A stretch of 63,175 bases of DNA, filler included, from Gonapodya sp. JEL0774 (taxonomy: Eukaryota), in NCBI GenBank assembly GCA_027604505.1. It is 33 parts of 33 records of this genome, joined end to end, with 100 filler letters (N's around TTAATTAATTAA, not from the genome) between each part and the next. Parts side by side here need not be neighbours in the genome. Positions count along the whole stretch, not along the records: positions 11,595 to 13,423 come from JADIIX010002565.1; positions 13,524 to 15,349 come from JADIIX010002566.1; positions 15,450 to 17,275 come from JADIIX010002567.1; positions 17,376 to 19,200 come from JADIIX010002568.1; positions 19,301 to 21,125 come from JADIIX010002569.1; positions 21,226 to 23,046 come from JADIIX010002570.1; positions 23,147 to 24,967 come from JADIIX010002571.1; 26 more parts are not named here. One strand, 5' to 3'. The translations under genes and the position numbers were made by a program. Shown here one piece after another: positions 12,264 through 24,712 of the stretch; within the stretch, counting starts at the first letter, position 1, and each line of letters begins with the position of its first letter. Below the pieces are notes generated by a model. The model had not been told where the DNA came from. It did not search any database and saw only the letters and a program-made list of their open reading frames with translations.

Positions 12264-13030
12264 GAGATTTGTGTCGTTATGGTGGGAGCTTTTGTGCCGG
12301 ACTGCGAACGGTGTTTGTGGCCAGTGTGTTAGTAATGGTGAGACGTATGGGTCATCGTGGGAGGAGCAGGCCTTTGAACTTCTACGGGCGGTGCTTGAGG
12401 GTCTTTGCTCTATCGCGGTCGGATATAGAGCGTCTTACAAACTATAGCACATAGCCACTTCGCTGGTTGTAGAAGTGAACTTGGCTACCGTGACAATAGT
12501 TGGCCTGAAATAACAGCTCCAATGTACTGCATTCATATGAGCAATGACTTGTCTCCAACTACGCCGTCATTGCGGATTTTGTTCAAACACTCTCCCAACA
12601 TTCCCTCAACTGTGTACTAACTCCGGAATATGTGACAACGGTAGTACAGCTACGAACAGACCCTCTGTCTTCTGTCTACATATAAGTCCGTGGAGCGAGA
12701 ATCTAGCTGGTGTGGTCTCGCTTGGGTGTGGCATTTTCGGCCGCCAAGTTGCCGCTGTATCATCCACTTACAAATATATGAGTAATCTACACCAGTACTT
12801 CGGGCGCGTCCCAGTATGTATCAAAGTGGAATCCTGGTCAGGCGGCATTTTTCCGGTGTGGAAGGTGTGGTTGGACCCTGGATGGTGACAGAATGCTCAG
12901 GAGGAGATGCCGAGATAATACCTTTTGCTATAAAATGATGCAACAAAAGCAATCCGAGCAGCCGAGATTATAAATTAAATTCTTTCTTCTCCTTGAATCA
13001 CCTGCTGCCCAGTTTTCACCGCATCTCATC

Positions 13031-13303
13031 ATGGTCGCAAAGTCCGCCGAGGACCCATCTCAAGCCGGTTTCTCCGCCGTCGCTGATACGACGCGTCAGG
13101 ACAGTGCGATCGCTGACTTGAAGAAAACTCTCGCCAGCGGAAAGGCGCAGCCTCGTCCTCGAATTTCTGCCACTCGCGAGGAATCCGCGGCGCTGAGCGA
13201 TCTCGCACCCAAGGAGTTGGAAGAGAAGCTCTTCCCGGTCTACATCGAAGCAAAGTACCCCGAAACACCTGCTCTGGCTGTGACCGAGCGTATGTACCAC
13301 TAA
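13031..13303 (+). CDS. Hypothetical 90-aa protein
   Basis: Intact ATG-TAA ORF with C/G-ending codon bias. Upstream TATAAA-like boxes (~12928, ~12969) and a pyrimidine-rich leader. Confidence 0.5.
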   Translation: MVAKSAEDPSQAGFSAVADTTRQDSAIADLKKTLASGKAQPRPRISATREESAALSDLAPKELEEKLFPVYIEAKYPETPALAVTERMYH

Positions 13304-13972
13304 ACAGTTCTTCTGGGGGAAGGGGGGGGGGGGGGGGGGGTGGTTATATTTGGAGACCAAGCTGTGAAATAACAGATTGCGTCCACTTCAGGGGGTCACA
13401 ACCCCGAACCAAAAAAAAAAATTNNNNNNNNNNNNNNNNNNNNNNNNNNNNNNNNNNNNNNNNNNNNTTAATTAATTAANNNNNNNNNNNNNNNNNNNNN
13501 NNNNNNNNNNNNNNNNNNNNNNNAATTAAACCCCCACCTCAAGTGCAATTCCTACATTTTGCATTCAACGTGTTGTTGCTAATGATAGTCGAAACTTATC
13601 GGCAAAGCAGCAACAACGGACGTGCGTGGAACCGCCTTTATAGACATTCTCTGAGCAACTTAATTTTGAATCAGTCATTCGTTATATAAGAATAAATTGC
13701 CACCAGTTCCAGAGCTTTGTTGAAAGCACGTTTTGTATTTTCATATATCAATGGTATGTTACACGTGTACCGTTGTTGTCTCAACAAGACCGGACGAGCG
13801 CATATTCTCTCCACCTTGCGATACAGTCTGCAATTGATGTTTTCGCTGTTAGAGGAGTCATTCGCTGGTCTTACTTCGCTCCTCATTGCAGTTGTCCCCC
13901 ATTCCCTTCGGGGCTCCTTCGGCCCATCTCCCCTCGTTCCACATCATCTTACACAAAGCAAAAAGGAATATC

Positions 13973-15349
13973 ATGCGCACGGGAAATCCACCATGCATTT
14001 CACTCCTTTTGTACCTGCTCTGGATAAGCGCTTTAGTGCTGTCACATGGAAGCTCCGCCTCCTTTCACCCGTCCGGGCCTTCGTGCCCTGTAGGCAACTT
14101 GAGCTCCACTCAGCGCGTGGAGTGTGGCTATCTCGGCATCCAGCCTCAGGAATGCGAGATGCAGCGAGGATGCTGTTGGAGACCTACCAGCCCAGACAGC
14201 GGACTGCCGTGGTGTGTGAGGTCAAATGATCATGGCCAGCCCGGATGTCCTCCCCTCCACGAAGAGGGCGTCCGAGATTCCGCGCAGGACTGCGGATGGA
14301 ACGGTAAGCTCAATTACTGAGATTTTTGTCCTCTGAGAATCAAGGGGCCCCTGGAATTCCACGTTTTCTCCCTGGGCGCTTTGGGTGACTGTTCTCCTCA
14401 CACTCAACAAATTCACGTGATAATTTTGCCACTCAGATATCTCCGAAGACGAATGCCATGCCCGCAACTGCTGCTGGGTCCCTACCACAACTCGGAATTC
14501 CCCTTGGTGTATCTATAGGCAAACCCAGGAATGTCTTGGCTATGATGTGAGCGTCACAGACTCGGACTTTGCTGCCTTTTGTTTTGCCGAGCGCGCGGCA
14601 CTGAGGTGGATTCTGAGAGAGCGGAAGTCCATGTCCGCCAAACTGTGGTCATTCACTTGCTTCATTTTCACTTCAAGATCTCTTTTACCACTTCGCCGTC
14701 ACCTCGACACATTGTAACAGAACTCACAGCACGGGAGCCTCGGTGCAATATTCATGGTCGTGACCACAAATCTCTTACCGCCGACTTATGGTTTCAAACA
14801 TCAACTCGTGCTAGAATTCGTATTCGACCACGTGACCGCAGGAAGGTGGCAGTCGATGGTGCGGCTGGGAACACCTTTGGAATGAGGAGCAAGCGTCACG
14901 GAGGTTTCGACGTCAATGCAGATTACCAAAAACATAGTGACAGTTTGGACGATGTGGACACAAGCTGGGAGCCACCTTCCCACATTGTTCCGGACGGAAT
15001 GGATGCGATGTCCCATCCACTCGATGCCGCCGATGTGCAATACGAAATCAAACTCAAGACCTCTCCCTTTGGTAATCAGTGATTGCAAGGAAAGATACGT
15101 GGATTCCTTGTAGCTGAGCTGATTGCGTCATTGCTTTTAGGGTTCTCCGTTCACCGCAGGAACTCACCAGATGCACTGTTCGACACTTCCGATCCTGCGT
15201 ATCCCATTGTCTTCAGTCCTACATTCTCTCAAATTGGCACAAAGCTTCCACGTGGTGCCAACATTTATGGTTTGGGAGAAACCGTGGATTCGCTTCGCCG
15301 CAACCCAGACGACACTCGGCAAGCCCTCTGGGCTCGAGACGCTCCAAGT
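13973..15349 (+). CDS. Secreted GH31 alpha-glucosidase with two N-terminal trefoil (P-type) domains, 3'-truncated
   Basis: Signal peptide. Trefoil 1: RVECGYLGIQPQECEMQRGCCW...PWC. Trefoil 2: DCGWN|DISEDECHARNCCW...PWC. Then PFGFSV...LFDTS...NIYGLGE...LWARD (GH31 N-terminal domain). Confidence 0.88.
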
Positions 15350-15449
15350 NNNNNNNNNNNNNNNNNNNNNNNNNNNNNNNNNNNNNNNNNNNNTTAATTA
15401 ATTAANNNNNNNNNNNNNNNNNNNNNNNNNNNNNNNNNNNNNNNNNNNN

Positions 15450-17275
15450 GGTGAAGGGCATAATTTGTAAGCTCAGTTGTGTGCAGAGAGAAAATATAGA
15501 TAAGCAACCCAACATCCATCTCAACAAGAGAGGAAGATTTTCTCGAGAGAGAGAGCGCCTTAGGCACAGGTAGGATGGTTGATGCCATGTGGAAGGCAGT
15601 TGGGGAGGTTGGCCAAAGCCGGGGGCCCGTTCAGTGACACCTGATTGATCAAGCCAGCAAGCACATGAACATTGAGAAGTAAGGTGGGCCGGAAAGAGGT
15701 GATGCTGCACCCACCTTTTGTCTCTGCAGAGATGCTGTTCTGGTTCATATTCCACAGTTGTTTGCACCAGAGCCGGCGTGGTGGTCAGGAGCAGTGGATC
15801 GTGTTGTGTGGCAGGGATCACGCCCTCAGTGCAATTCTGGCTTGAGGACCAACCGTAGGTGAAGTGCCTACCATACAGACGCTCAAAGCGCATGGTGCCA
15901 TACTCACAAAGAGGTTTGGGTGGGCGGGATTTTCTGCAGACTGCGTGGGGACAGTCACGAGTGCAGACCGAGGGAGTTGGGATGCGGTGCATTCCCATCC
16001 GTCTTCATGTAGCAGTTCCTTCTTGGATACAGTAAATTGTACATTCAGTTGGATATACTATATCCGCAGAGGTCTGGCTTTGTCATTTGTTTATGTCCGC
16101 CGGCGAAGTAGTTGACCACTGTGTGGCAAACCAACTTTACCGTCGCACACACTGCACTCGCTCAGATTAGGCTCGTAAGAGGGGCATTTCCACCCCCCAT
16201 GTATTCCAAAGGCCAAGCTGGTCAGATGACAGAAATAAGGCTATAAGTTTGGCCGAGCGAGGGTGCTTTGGGCAAATGTGCCAATGAGAGAGGCAATGAG
16301 GGGTGAGTCTGGATTGCCTGTAGATGGAGGGCTGCCCAGAAGTGAGGGTGGTTGCGAATGTAAAGCTGCCATGATGTATCTGTCCATCTTCCTTTGCGTT
16401 GAATTACCAGCTCGGGGACTCTGCTGGAGAGCATGTGCATTGTGCCTCCTGATTGGAAGCTGTGTCCTGTTACCCCCTCGTGGGGAAGGAACCATAAGCG
16501 GGTTGGACTTTCTCCATTTGGAGTAGTGAGAGTGTAGGTTTGCAGGTGCCCAAATATGCCCCCCATGCTTGAAGAGGGCAGGTTATCTTAGATGTTGCGA
16601 GGAGCATCACAGTTAAAGGGACTGTGGGGTTGTTATGTTTTGCGTACATTAATGTAATACTTATGGCGCGGTGGCCGTCAGCGACAGTTTCAATGTTTAC
16701 ATTGTTCAGGGGCAGAACCCTGGCAGGGTCGTCTCTGGAGTTAATTGTGAGCTCTCCGAAGCAAAAGAGCCCGTAAAATGCAAACGAGCAAATTACCCAA
16801 AAGAGGGCGTGGTCTGGCTGGTTGAGATTGCATCGGGAGCTGATGGATTTTAAGCTCGCAAGGGAGATTGGGTCTGCTTGGCGGATGGGTTTCTTGCGTG
16901 GTTCAGCCCTGAAGGCATTGAGAAGACAATGGGTAAAATCGTCCTCACTGGCGGGCCATGAGCAGTTCATGACTTTGTGCCAAAAGGCAAGTCTGGAAAG
17001 GTTCTGTAGTACTGTTGGGAAGTCATGTTTCAGGCTCGTGTGGGCAATATATGTCCAGAGACCTTGCGGTGGAATGGGAAATTCAAAAAAGTCAGCGGGA
17101 AGTTCATTTTCTCATATTGTCTGAGCGCCAATAGGTACTTAGAGATTGTTTGCTTTTGGGCTGGTCGGGAAAGAAGGAAGGTGATACAGGTTGCGAGCGT
17201 GGAGTTTGAGGGTAGGTGGGGCTGAGCCCGTTGCACAGCACAGTCAGTTACAAAGTTGTGAATGTTTGCCAAGTT
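15450..17275 (-). mobile_element. Decayed DIRS/Ngaro-type retrotransposon: tyrosine recombinase pseudogene and 3' flank
   Basis: Pieces in three frames: TISKYLLALR; AFYGLF(C)FGEL...CPLQAW; GHSF(Q)SGG...KGRWTDTSWQLYIR (tyrosine recombinase boxes). Frameshifts are present and the DNA is CpG-poor. Confidence 0.85.
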
Positions 17276-17386
17276 NNNNNNNNNNNNNNNNNNNNNNNNN
17301 NNNNNNNNNNNNNNNNNNNTTAATTAATTAANNNNNNNNNNNNNNNNNNNNNNNNNNNNNNNNNNNNNNNNNNNNGCGACCCGACA

Positions 17387-19170
17387 ATGTCCAGACTCAA
17401 AGGACTCTCGCTATACCTTCTGGGAAACTCGGTGCTTTTCGAGGATCCGAAGCGGACCTTCCAGCCACACGCACTGCAGGTGGAAAAGACTCGCTGCAAG
17501 ATCGAGAATGTCCAGGACTCACCGTCAAAGCAGATATCGAGGAGAAACAGTGAATTCTCTCCTAACCCTGAAGCAGAACTGCCGAGCGATGGCTTCATGA
17601 GCGGAAGGGAAACCGAACAGGAACGTCATTGGAACCAGGACCCACTTCCGGACGCATCACACATGGACACAGGAACGGCGGAAAATAGCTCAGAGGGCGA
17701 TGCGAGCTCTCCAGTGCGATCGGACTCGTCCGCGCTGCTGTCACAATCGGGAAAGGGCAAAGGGTTGTTCACCCCACCTGCAACTCCTCATGGCGGGTCC
17801 AGCTCCGCACTAGCTGCTGCATCACCACAGGCCCAGAGCCAAGGTGGCACGAATATGTCAGAGCTTGTTTCCACGCCTTCGGTGCAGATGCTTGAGCCCG
17901 CACCGCAGTACTTCGGAGAGTCGCAGGCCCAGCCGCTTCTTTCCTCCGCATCCGCCCGTGGTGACCATTCACCCAGCCAGGGAGGTGGTTCATCAATGGG
18001 TGGAGATGGATCCTCCTCGATGATAACACCCCCTCTGACGCCTTCTGGCAGCTTTCGTAACCTAGGGCTGGTTCTAACTGGAGCTGACCCTGCTGAGTCG
18101 CCATCCTGGAGCAACACTCCAACGTCGAACACTACCCCCATCTGGTCACCACCGGCTTCTCCTCCTCCTACAACTGATGAGTTCACCATTCTTCACCATC
18201 AAACGACACTTTCCTCACCCGAACCTTCAGGCTCTCCTCCCTCAACTTCGCCCCCTTCAACATTCGCGGGTATTCTTCAAAACACCCAGTTACAGCAGCC
18301 CATCACGGCGGAAAGCATCTCACGACCACCACTCCCTCCGAGTTCTCGTACTCTACGGAGTAGGAACCTTCCTCAAGATCCGAATCGCGCTGGGTCGTCA
18401 CATGAACCCTTCGATCCCATCCGGTTCCGACGTTTGCAAGAGGCCAGGGCGCTTCCTTACTATGTACGAGCAGCAAAGCTTGGCAACCCCCATGCTCTCG
18501 CTGTGCTTGGTTTCTACTGGGAGCATGGCATGGCATCTCTCCCCATTTCATACGCTATCGCAGAGCACAATTACACCACCGCTGCTCTTGCAGGAGCGTC
18601 TCTGGCACAAGCTCGCCTCAGCTTCCTGAAGATGTACGGCAGGCCCGCAATCAACATCAACCAGGCGGACGCGCGACAGTGGAGGAAAAGACTGGCTCGA
18701 AAGGGCAAGCGGTCGCTTGGATGGCTCAAGGCAGGAGCTGATGTTGGCATTTCCGCGGCGCAATTCTGTCTTGCGTCGTGCTTCTATAATGGCATTGGGA
18801 CAAAGAAGGACGATCGAAGAGCTTTTATCTGGGCGGGTAGGGTGAGTATCCTTGTTCCTCTTCTCATGGGGATGCCCTCTCTCAGACCCTTCTTTCATGT
18901 ATAATAGGCTGCCACTCAAGGCCACCCCGGTGCTCAAAACCTCCTCGGCATGCTGTACGTCGACGGGATCGGCGAGGACGTACCTCAAGACGCTGTCACC
19001 GGACTCCGATGGTACATGCGAGCATCCGAACAAGGCGAAGCCGCCGCCATCTATAACATAGCCACCTTGTTTGAGCGCGGACTTGCTATTCAGGAGGACA
19101 TGCAAGAGGCGTTTGATTGGTATATGCGGGCGGCCGCCTACGGAAGCATATCTGCAGCGAACATCGTTGG
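17387..19170 (+). CDS. SEL1-repeat protein with Ser/Pro-rich N-terminus, partial
   Basis: Repeats ALAVLGFYWEHG, AQFCLASCFYNGIG, AQNLLGMLYVDGIG and AIYNIATLFERG. Intron at about 18842-18908. Confidence 0.88.
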
Positions 19171-19300
19171 TACGTATCAATGAGCAAACGAATTTTTCGG
19201 NNNNNNNNNNNNNNNNNNNNNNNNNNNNNNNNNNNNNNNNNNNNTTAATTAATTAANNNNNNNNNNNNNNNNNNNNNNNNNNNNNNNNNNNNNNNNNNNN

Positions 19301-19622
19301 ATTGATTACTTCAAGCCTGTCCAACTTCGGACCAAGTATGGTCGCAGTGGCACGATTTTGGAATCAATAGGCAAGTGGTGGCACTCCTCATCGCTTCATC
19401 TGTCGTGTTTACACCAAACCTTGCGTTGCCTTAGGTACTCATGGCCGCATGAAGTGCCTTTTTGACGGTCCCACCAACGCGCAAGACACAATCCTCATGC
19501 CTCTATATAAGAGAGTACATCCACGCTGGAGCACTGACATGTATAGGCGGACCGATCCACTGGCGGTCGCCCGGGAAAAGAAAGAAGATGTCGTGAAAAT
19601 AGTCCCAAGGTGGATGGCTTAG
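19301..19622 (+). CDS. TSR1: Ribosome biogenesis protein Tsr1, C-terminus
   Basis: IDYFKPVQLRTKYGRSGTILESIG|THGRMKCLFDG...QDTILMPLYKRVHPRW. This reading needs a GC-AG intron at 19371-19434. Confidence 0.92.
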
Positions 19623-20294
19623 AACTTGTAATTGAACAATGGTTATTATTCATTGGGGACTGTTTGTGTCTTGCTTGGCCCAGAGTGAACAATCGATAAG
19701 GACTTTAGACAATCCAGAGAAGGTGGAATAGGTGAACTTGCCGACTTGTCGATCGGAAACTGTCAGATCCAAGTAGACAAAAATTAAGACGGAACTTCGC
19801 TGGATCTGTCCTTGTGAGGTGATCTGTGCGGGGGTGTTTTGATGGTGGGCGTTGGCGGCAGAACTAACTGCGTAGTTCACCCGGTGATCTGGGTTGCCAA
19901 ACATTTACAGGAGTTTGTCTGTCCGCACACGTAAACCACTCCTTGGAGACACAAATACAAATTATTCCATGGGATTCCGAGCATTCTTTTCCCTCCGGCG
20001 TTCCACCCAGATGATGGACTTCCTGGGAGACGTTTGGTCGGATGGTCGGGGTGTAAGGACACTCGCTCCTTTCCAGCAGGTCAGGGATCGTCTCGGCATC
20101 GTCAGGTTCTGGGGAATACCGAGACCATATTATAATCGTGTCGAGCGCCGAGGGACGTTGATCTTGCAACGCTGTCGAGGAAAGGATTAAGTCCGTGAGT
20201 GGCTCTGATTGCCCGCGAAAACGCTTTCGTGATCTCACGATCTTGACACCTCGCCCTCCGAAGCTTTGCTGCGCACGCCTACGCGTAGACGACC

Positions 20295-21125
20295 ATGCTT
20301 TCCCTCGCATCTCTCGCTCTGCTTGCCGTTTTATGTCTCCTTCCACGTAACTTCGTTGACGCTTATAATCCACCATCTCCGGCCGCCAACGCTGTTCAGA
20401 TCGATTCAACGCTCACAGACCAACTGGTGCATTATGCTCAGTATTCATTTGCTGCGTATTGTCAGGTCGGCTTCTGAGGTCTTCTGAAAACCATTTCCCA
20501 TTCACCTAACGTTGTCATCGCAACTTCATGAAAGATTGGATACGCCAACAATAACTGGGACTGCCCTTCCCCTGTGTGTGGTGGAAGTGCTTCTGGGACC
20601 AAGGTCATTGGGGCGCTTGTTAATCCCAAGAGGGAGCAAAACTATTCTGGCTATCTTGCGATTGAGGTCGGTCTTCCGCATTGGCTACATCGGCCGCAGT
20701 CGCCCGTCATTCGTGTTGATGCATTCTAACTTATGTTCGACGTTTCTAAATTTTTATCGCATAGCCTGACGGTGTAACCGCTGTCTTTGCCATTGAGGGC
20801 AGCCGATCTGCCCAAGATTTCATCGCAGATCTATCATTGCTGCCCAACTTCGACGTTCAGGGTCTATTTCCCAAAGCACCACTCCTCTCATCAGTGCACT
20901 TTGGATTCTGGGAGATTTTCAAGGGAGGGTTGAGCTCAATTCAGGTGGAGTTTCGTTTTAATTTGACTTCAATGCTCACCTCTTTGTGACCCAAGTTGAA
21001 TACATACAGTACCACATCGATAACACCCTACCAAAGTACCCAAACATAAAAAACGTTGTCTTTACTGGCCACAGTCTCGGCGGCATACAACAGAACCTGA
21101 ATGCGGCTTACTTCTACAGCAAACT
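20295..21125 (+). CDS. Secreted class 3 lipase, 3'-truncated
   Basis: Signal peptide, YSFAAYC, WDC, EGSRSAQDFIAD, VHFGFW and VVFTGHSLGG (GxSxG). Confidence 0.9.
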
Positions 21126-21225
21126 NNNNNNNNNNNNNNNNNNNNNNNNNNNNNNNNNNNNNNNNNNNNTTAATTAATTAANNNNNNNNNNNNNNNNNNN
21201 NNNNNNNNNNNNNNNNNNNNNNNNN

Positions 21226-23046
21226 AACATTGCGAAAAACAATTTCGCAATCCCATCCCGTCCCGAGAAGATGACACCGCCAAGGCCTCGGACGACATCT
21301 TGTAAAGAAAGCGAGCCGGCCTTGTCCTAGCGATTACAACGACTCAATGAAGACTGAGGTCCCCAAAATTGAGTGAGTACTCACAGATTCCCACGCTTTG
21401 AACAATCGCAGGACGATGTCGGATCCAGAAATGGTCTTGGTGTCGCCTGACCGCTTCTTTTGGGCGGCACGGTCAGGATCCATATCACCCCAACTGGGGG
21501 CGAGGCTTTTGACAAATGAGTGAAATTCGTCGGGCCCCAATCGGCTTTTCTGAGACGTGTCGTCTGCATAGTATAAGGCGTCAAAGAATCTGCCAGTGTT
21601 GATCCAAGCCACACAGTTGATCGGCCAAAAGAAAAGACGTCTAAGGAGACAACCTCCGCCACTCTCCCCTCCCTCCACAACTCACTTATCACAAATCACA
21701 TTCAACTGTGCCTTGGAGAACTTTCCGGTATCGTCCAATTCTCTTAATCTTGCCCTCTTGGAGTACTGCCCCACGACCTGCGACACGTGGTAGTTCTTCG
21801 CGTTCCTCAATTCCGTTACCGAGGCAGCGGTGACGACCGAAAACTCCTTGTATGCCGTCAAAAGCAGTTGCGTGAACCGGGATACCGGTTTGGGACCTGC
21901 GCCAATGTCCTTGACAGTGTCGTCGAGTGTTGCGAAGTAGGACTTAAAAATGTCCATCATTTCGCTGTCGTCGTGGGCGAGCAGGAGAGCTTCGCCGTTG
22001 ATCTTGAGGATCGCGAGAGCGATTTGGAAGATGAATTGAGTGCCCTCGGCGAAGAGGCCGTCGAAGATCCTGGAGTGCGAGACAGAGTACAAGCGCACGC
22101 ACAAATTGTATCGATGTCTCAAACTACCGCGACGCAACTACCCTCTACACCCACCTAAACGCGTACTTCAACGGCATGCAGTTAACGTACAATGATAGCA
22201 ACCACGAAAGTGAGTACACGCTGAGCTCGATGTCGAGTTTAGAGAACTGGGCGTGGAGGATGGGAAGGTGTTTCTCGACGAGACCGTCGAGGACCTAGAC
22301 ATTGGGGTAGGGCGTATTTGAAATGAGGCTCGGGGGAGAGCCATGGTGTGGTAGACACAACGCAGACTTACACTTGCGTCCACGACGGCACCGACCACTT
22401 TAATAATTTCGAAGCAGTAAAGCACGGGTTGAGATATTAACAAACATTCACGGTTCATAGCAAACCCAAACAACGAACCGAATCCTCGCCTCGGTGATTC
22501 GGCTCCTACACGCCGCAGCGAATCATCAACTCACTGTTCGTCGAATAATACTGCGGCAACAACCTCGTACAAATAACATCGAGGACCCAAAACGCCTGTT
22601 CCTCCGACAAGTAAATCAACAGACAGGCGACGAGCAAGTTCATGGCCTGACAGTACCCCAGCTGCGGGTTGTGCACGCTGAAGGCGTAGAGTACTCTCCG
22701 GAGGGCTTCTAGCCCTTGCGGGGTCTGGTAGGCCGGGTACTCTGGCAAGCTCCGGTGAACGTCTTTGTCGATCTCGTCCATGGCCAGTGTGCGCGCGCGA
22801 CCCGAGTTGCCCTCGAGGATGCGGTGGTAGTGCCCCGGGCTGGCGAACCGGAGGTACATTGCGCCTGAGGTGAGGTCCCAGAGTTCACCACGGAGGGGGT
22901 CGACGATTCCGACGCGCAAAAGTTTAGTGAAGGTGGTGGTGCGCATGAGGGTGAAGTTGCGGCCGTGGGTGGCGAAGTGGGCTTTCCAGAGCTGGAGACG
23001 GTCGGTGCCATGCGGCGGTGGAGGGGCGGCCACGTAGCCAAAGGTG
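21226..23046 (-). CDS. TBC-domain Rab GAP (Mdr1/Gyp2/TBC1D9-like), internal part
   Basis: GRNFTLMR...LRGELW...SGA, EIDKDVHRSLPEYPAYQ, GYCQAMN and LSEEQAFW. Confidence 0.92.
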
Positions 23047-23146
23047 NNNNNNNNNNNNNNNNNNNNNNNNNNNNNNNNNNNNNNNNNNNNTTAATTAATT
23101 AANNNNNNNNNNNNNNNNNNNNNNNNNNNNNNNNNNNNNNNNNNNN

Positions 23147-23992
23147 GCCGTGATGGGGTGGGCGTCGGGGTCTGGTATGGGCGCCGGGTTGGTCCACGGG
23201 GTGAATTTGGCCACGTCCCACGAAGGGTTCTTCCCCGCCATGGTCTTGGTCAAGGACGCGGCCACGGCGAAAAGGGAGGTGGAGAGGAAGTTGAAAATGT
23301 GGATGTGCGATGAGTGTGGGTGTGATGGGACCGAGACAGAGGTCAGGAGGACCAGTAAGGATGGGAAAAAGGTGGGTTGGGGGGGGCCCGGGGGGGTGGA
23401 GGGGGAGGGGGGGTTTCGGGGGTCGGGGCAGTGGAGGTGGAGCAGCAACTCACGCGGTTCCATGTCACCCGAACCACAGCGCATCTGCGACGCGTGCTTC
23501 ACCGCCCGCCGTGCGGCCAAAGCGGCTTCGTCGGCACCCGCACCCGCACCCGCTCACCCGTCCACATCGCAACTGGCACCCCCACCGATCACCCCCACCA
23601 CGACAGCGGCCACCACCATGATGGAATCCATCTCCGCGGGCCTATCCGCCGCCGCCGCCGCCGCGGTGGCTGTGGGGCGCAAGTCGGTGTCGGTGTCCGT
23701 ACGGCGGTCGGTGTCGGGAGCCGGAACCGGGAGCGGCGACGGCAGTGGTAGTGGCAGTGGCGCCAGTGGCCGGTCAACCACGTCGAAGGAAAAGCACGGG
23801 CAGGGCAAGTACGGGCACGGAAGAAGGCCCTCGACGGTGTCGGGGGGGTCCGGGGTGGGGTTGGTTGAGGGTGGAAGAGTCGAGGGGGCCGGGGAGACTG
23901 GGGTGGACAAGGAAGGGGAAGGGGAAGGGGAACGAGGCGGGCACGGCAAGTGGGGGGAGGAAAGTCTGAGGAGGAACGGGGTGGCGGCGTGA
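23147..23992 (+). CDS. Hypothetical protein C-terminus with SH3-like end and a CxxC...CxxC pair
   Basis: Open GC-rich frame with LVHGVNLATSHEGFFP and CDECG...QWRW...RICDACF. Confidence 0.5.
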   Translation, partial: AVMGWASGSGMGAGLVHGVNLATSHEGFFPAMVLVKDAATAKREVERKLKMWMCDECGCDGTETEVRRTSKDGKKVGWGGPGGVEGEGGFRGSGQWRWSSNSRGSMSPEPQRICDACFTARRAAKAASSAPAPAPAHPSTSQLAPPPITPTTTAATTMMESISAGLSAAAAAAVAVGRKSVSVSVRRSVSGAGTGSGDGSGSGSGASGRSTTSKEKHGQGKYGHGRRPSTVSGGSGVGLVEGGRVEGAGETGVDKEGEGEGERGGHGKWGEESLRRNGVAA

Positions 23993-24712
23993 TGTGGGGT
24001 GTGTGCCGTGGGGAGCGGGACTGGTGGATCGGTGACAGGGGGGGTGAGAAGGAGTGGGGCAGGGCCCTACTCGAACGGTGACTGGATTTAAGTTTTGAAA
24101 ATTGCGGCACACATCAAGTCAAGGAAACAGGTGCGGACCACAGCCAACAGACGGTGTACGTACGTGGGACTCGGACGAGTACACTGTGATGGAGAACTTC
24201 ACTGCCGCGAGGACATGTGAAAACTCTGGGAACCTCGTCAAATCCACCACGGCCCCAAACGGCTGTGGTACCGATTTTATGGTTGACGTTGGTGAAGCAA
24301 GTGTTTTGGAAAAGGAATCAAACTGGACACAGGACCAACCACTTTTCGTCACAAGTACTATTTAATTTTAATACCTTCATACCATGGGACTCTGGGATGC
24401 GTCAGGGGATAAGGGGACACTATTTTTTTTTTCCGCTCTTGTTATATGGTATCTTGTTACTCGACATGTGGGATTAATATCATGGGTATGCAGTACTTGG
24501 ATTCTTTCTCTGCGTGTATATACCATGTTACGAGTACCACGGAAGCGGTGGGACTTGACCCGCTGGTATATATCGGGCCAGGTGGTACATAGCTGGTAGT
24601 CGTGGTGGTTCCCATGACCAGTGTTGTCGTTCCTGCAGTGATGGGAGAACGTTTCCTTGCCCACAACAGAGCATCTGGCACCGGCACCGGTTGCCGCCTC
24701 AGTGTGCGAGCG

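Noticed and set aside
13315..13423. Poly-G and poly-A runs as a G-quadruplex or retrocopy tail
   Set aside because: Homopolymers near a contig end are more simply explained as low-complexity sequence or a sequencing artefact.
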